A stretch of 64,000 nt of DNA from Candidatus Latescibacterota bacterium (GTDB lineage Bacteria; Latescibacterota; CBDEFO01). Location: assembly GCA_965237525.1 (NCBI GenBank), contig CBDEFO010000007.1, forward strand, positions 52,796 to 116,795, in the 5' to 3' direction. Shown in pieces: positions 63,456-64,000 of this stretch; position 1 is the first letter of the stretch; each line of letters starts with the position of its first letter. The position numbers were made by a program, and so were the translations under genes. The notes below the pieces were generated by a model. It was given only the letters and a program-made list of their open reading frames with translations. It did no database searches and was not told the DNA's origin.

Positions 63456-64000
63456 ATGCGAAAGACATCCTTCCACAGTCCATACTTTCTCCAGCACGCT
63501 TTGGCGATCATAGTTGCGCTTTCCCTTTCCAGAAGCGTTCACGGTGATCCCATCCGCGGGGAAGTGCCGCAGACCGTAGCCGACGTTTTTCTTCCAGAAG
63601 TGGAAGGAGTCAGGGTCGAGACCTGGGTGGACAGTCTTCAGATCCCCTGGTCTCTGGTTTTCCTGCCAAATGGTGATGCCCTTCTTTCGGAGCGATACGG
63701 GCAAATTCAACGTATTCCCCGTGGGCTGAGTCAGCCGAAGCTTTACATCAAGCTCGACGAAGTAGCCCACGTCGGAGATGGGGGACTCATGGGATTGGCC
63801 CTACATCCCCAATTTACACAGCACCCCTTTGTCTACGTCATGCACAGCTATCAAAAGGATGAACAGCTGTTCAATCGTGTCATTCGCCTGCGCCATCTCG
63901 GTGATACCGGTGTTTTTGACAGCGTCATTGATAGGGGTCTTTTTGATCGCGTCATTCTGGACAACATACCCGGTCACACAGGTCATATTGGCGGCAGGAT
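63456..64000 (+). CDS. Second PQQ-dependent sugar dehydrogenase paralog (runs off window end)
   Basis: Open frame from ATG 63456 (MRKTSFHSPY...PWSLVF...GGLMGLALHP...HIGGR); near-duplicate of 61973 onward. Confidence 0.85.
   Translation, partial: MRKTSFHSPYFLQHALAIIVALSLSRSVHGDPIRGEVPQTVADVFLPEVEGVRVETWVDSLQIPWSLVFLPNGDALLSERYGQIQRIPRGLSQPKLYIKLDEVAHVGDGGLMGLALHPQFTQHPFVYVMHSYQKDEQLFNRVIRLRHLGDTGVFDSVIDRGLFDRVILDNIPGHTGHIGGR

Overview
Chromosomal window from a diderm bacterium. The LpxC-FabZ fusion, the 'NYPNPFNP' C-terminal sorting domain and the mcsAB-clpC-tamB-bamA-skp-lpx gene order suggest an FCB-related lineage such as Latescibacterota or KSB1 (inference). Bases 1-41 kb are mostly housekeeping: nth, an MFS transporter, groES-groEL, prfB (programmed +1 frameshift), lysS, lolCD-mcsAB-clpC-tamB-bamA-skp-lpxD-lpxC/fabZ-lpxA, eda/kdgK, an ECF sigma, pyrE, rnpB, two tRNAs and dnaG. 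Three disrupted IS elements and a non-autonomous IS200/IS605-like element interrupt this part. Bases 41-64 kb are an accessory mosaic of sugar/sugar-acid catabolic enzymes, an attC-bounded XRE-ImmA/PIN pair, a TonB receptor and tandem PQQ sugar dehydrogenases. The most notable unexplained signals are: (1) a sigma54-driven, C-loop hairpin RNA ahead of an ECF sigma and a secreted zinc-ribbon protein; (2) a dispersed, self-nesting CCCCGATTGAATCTATCGGGG palindrome family, one copy translated in frame inside lpxD; (3) a protein-free IS605-type element with a putative omega/reRNA abutting a gene's stop codon; (4) attC-like sites without an integrase; (5) a sigma54/IHF promoter, with no CIRCE, on groESL. 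All calls come from reading the sequence; no database searches were run.
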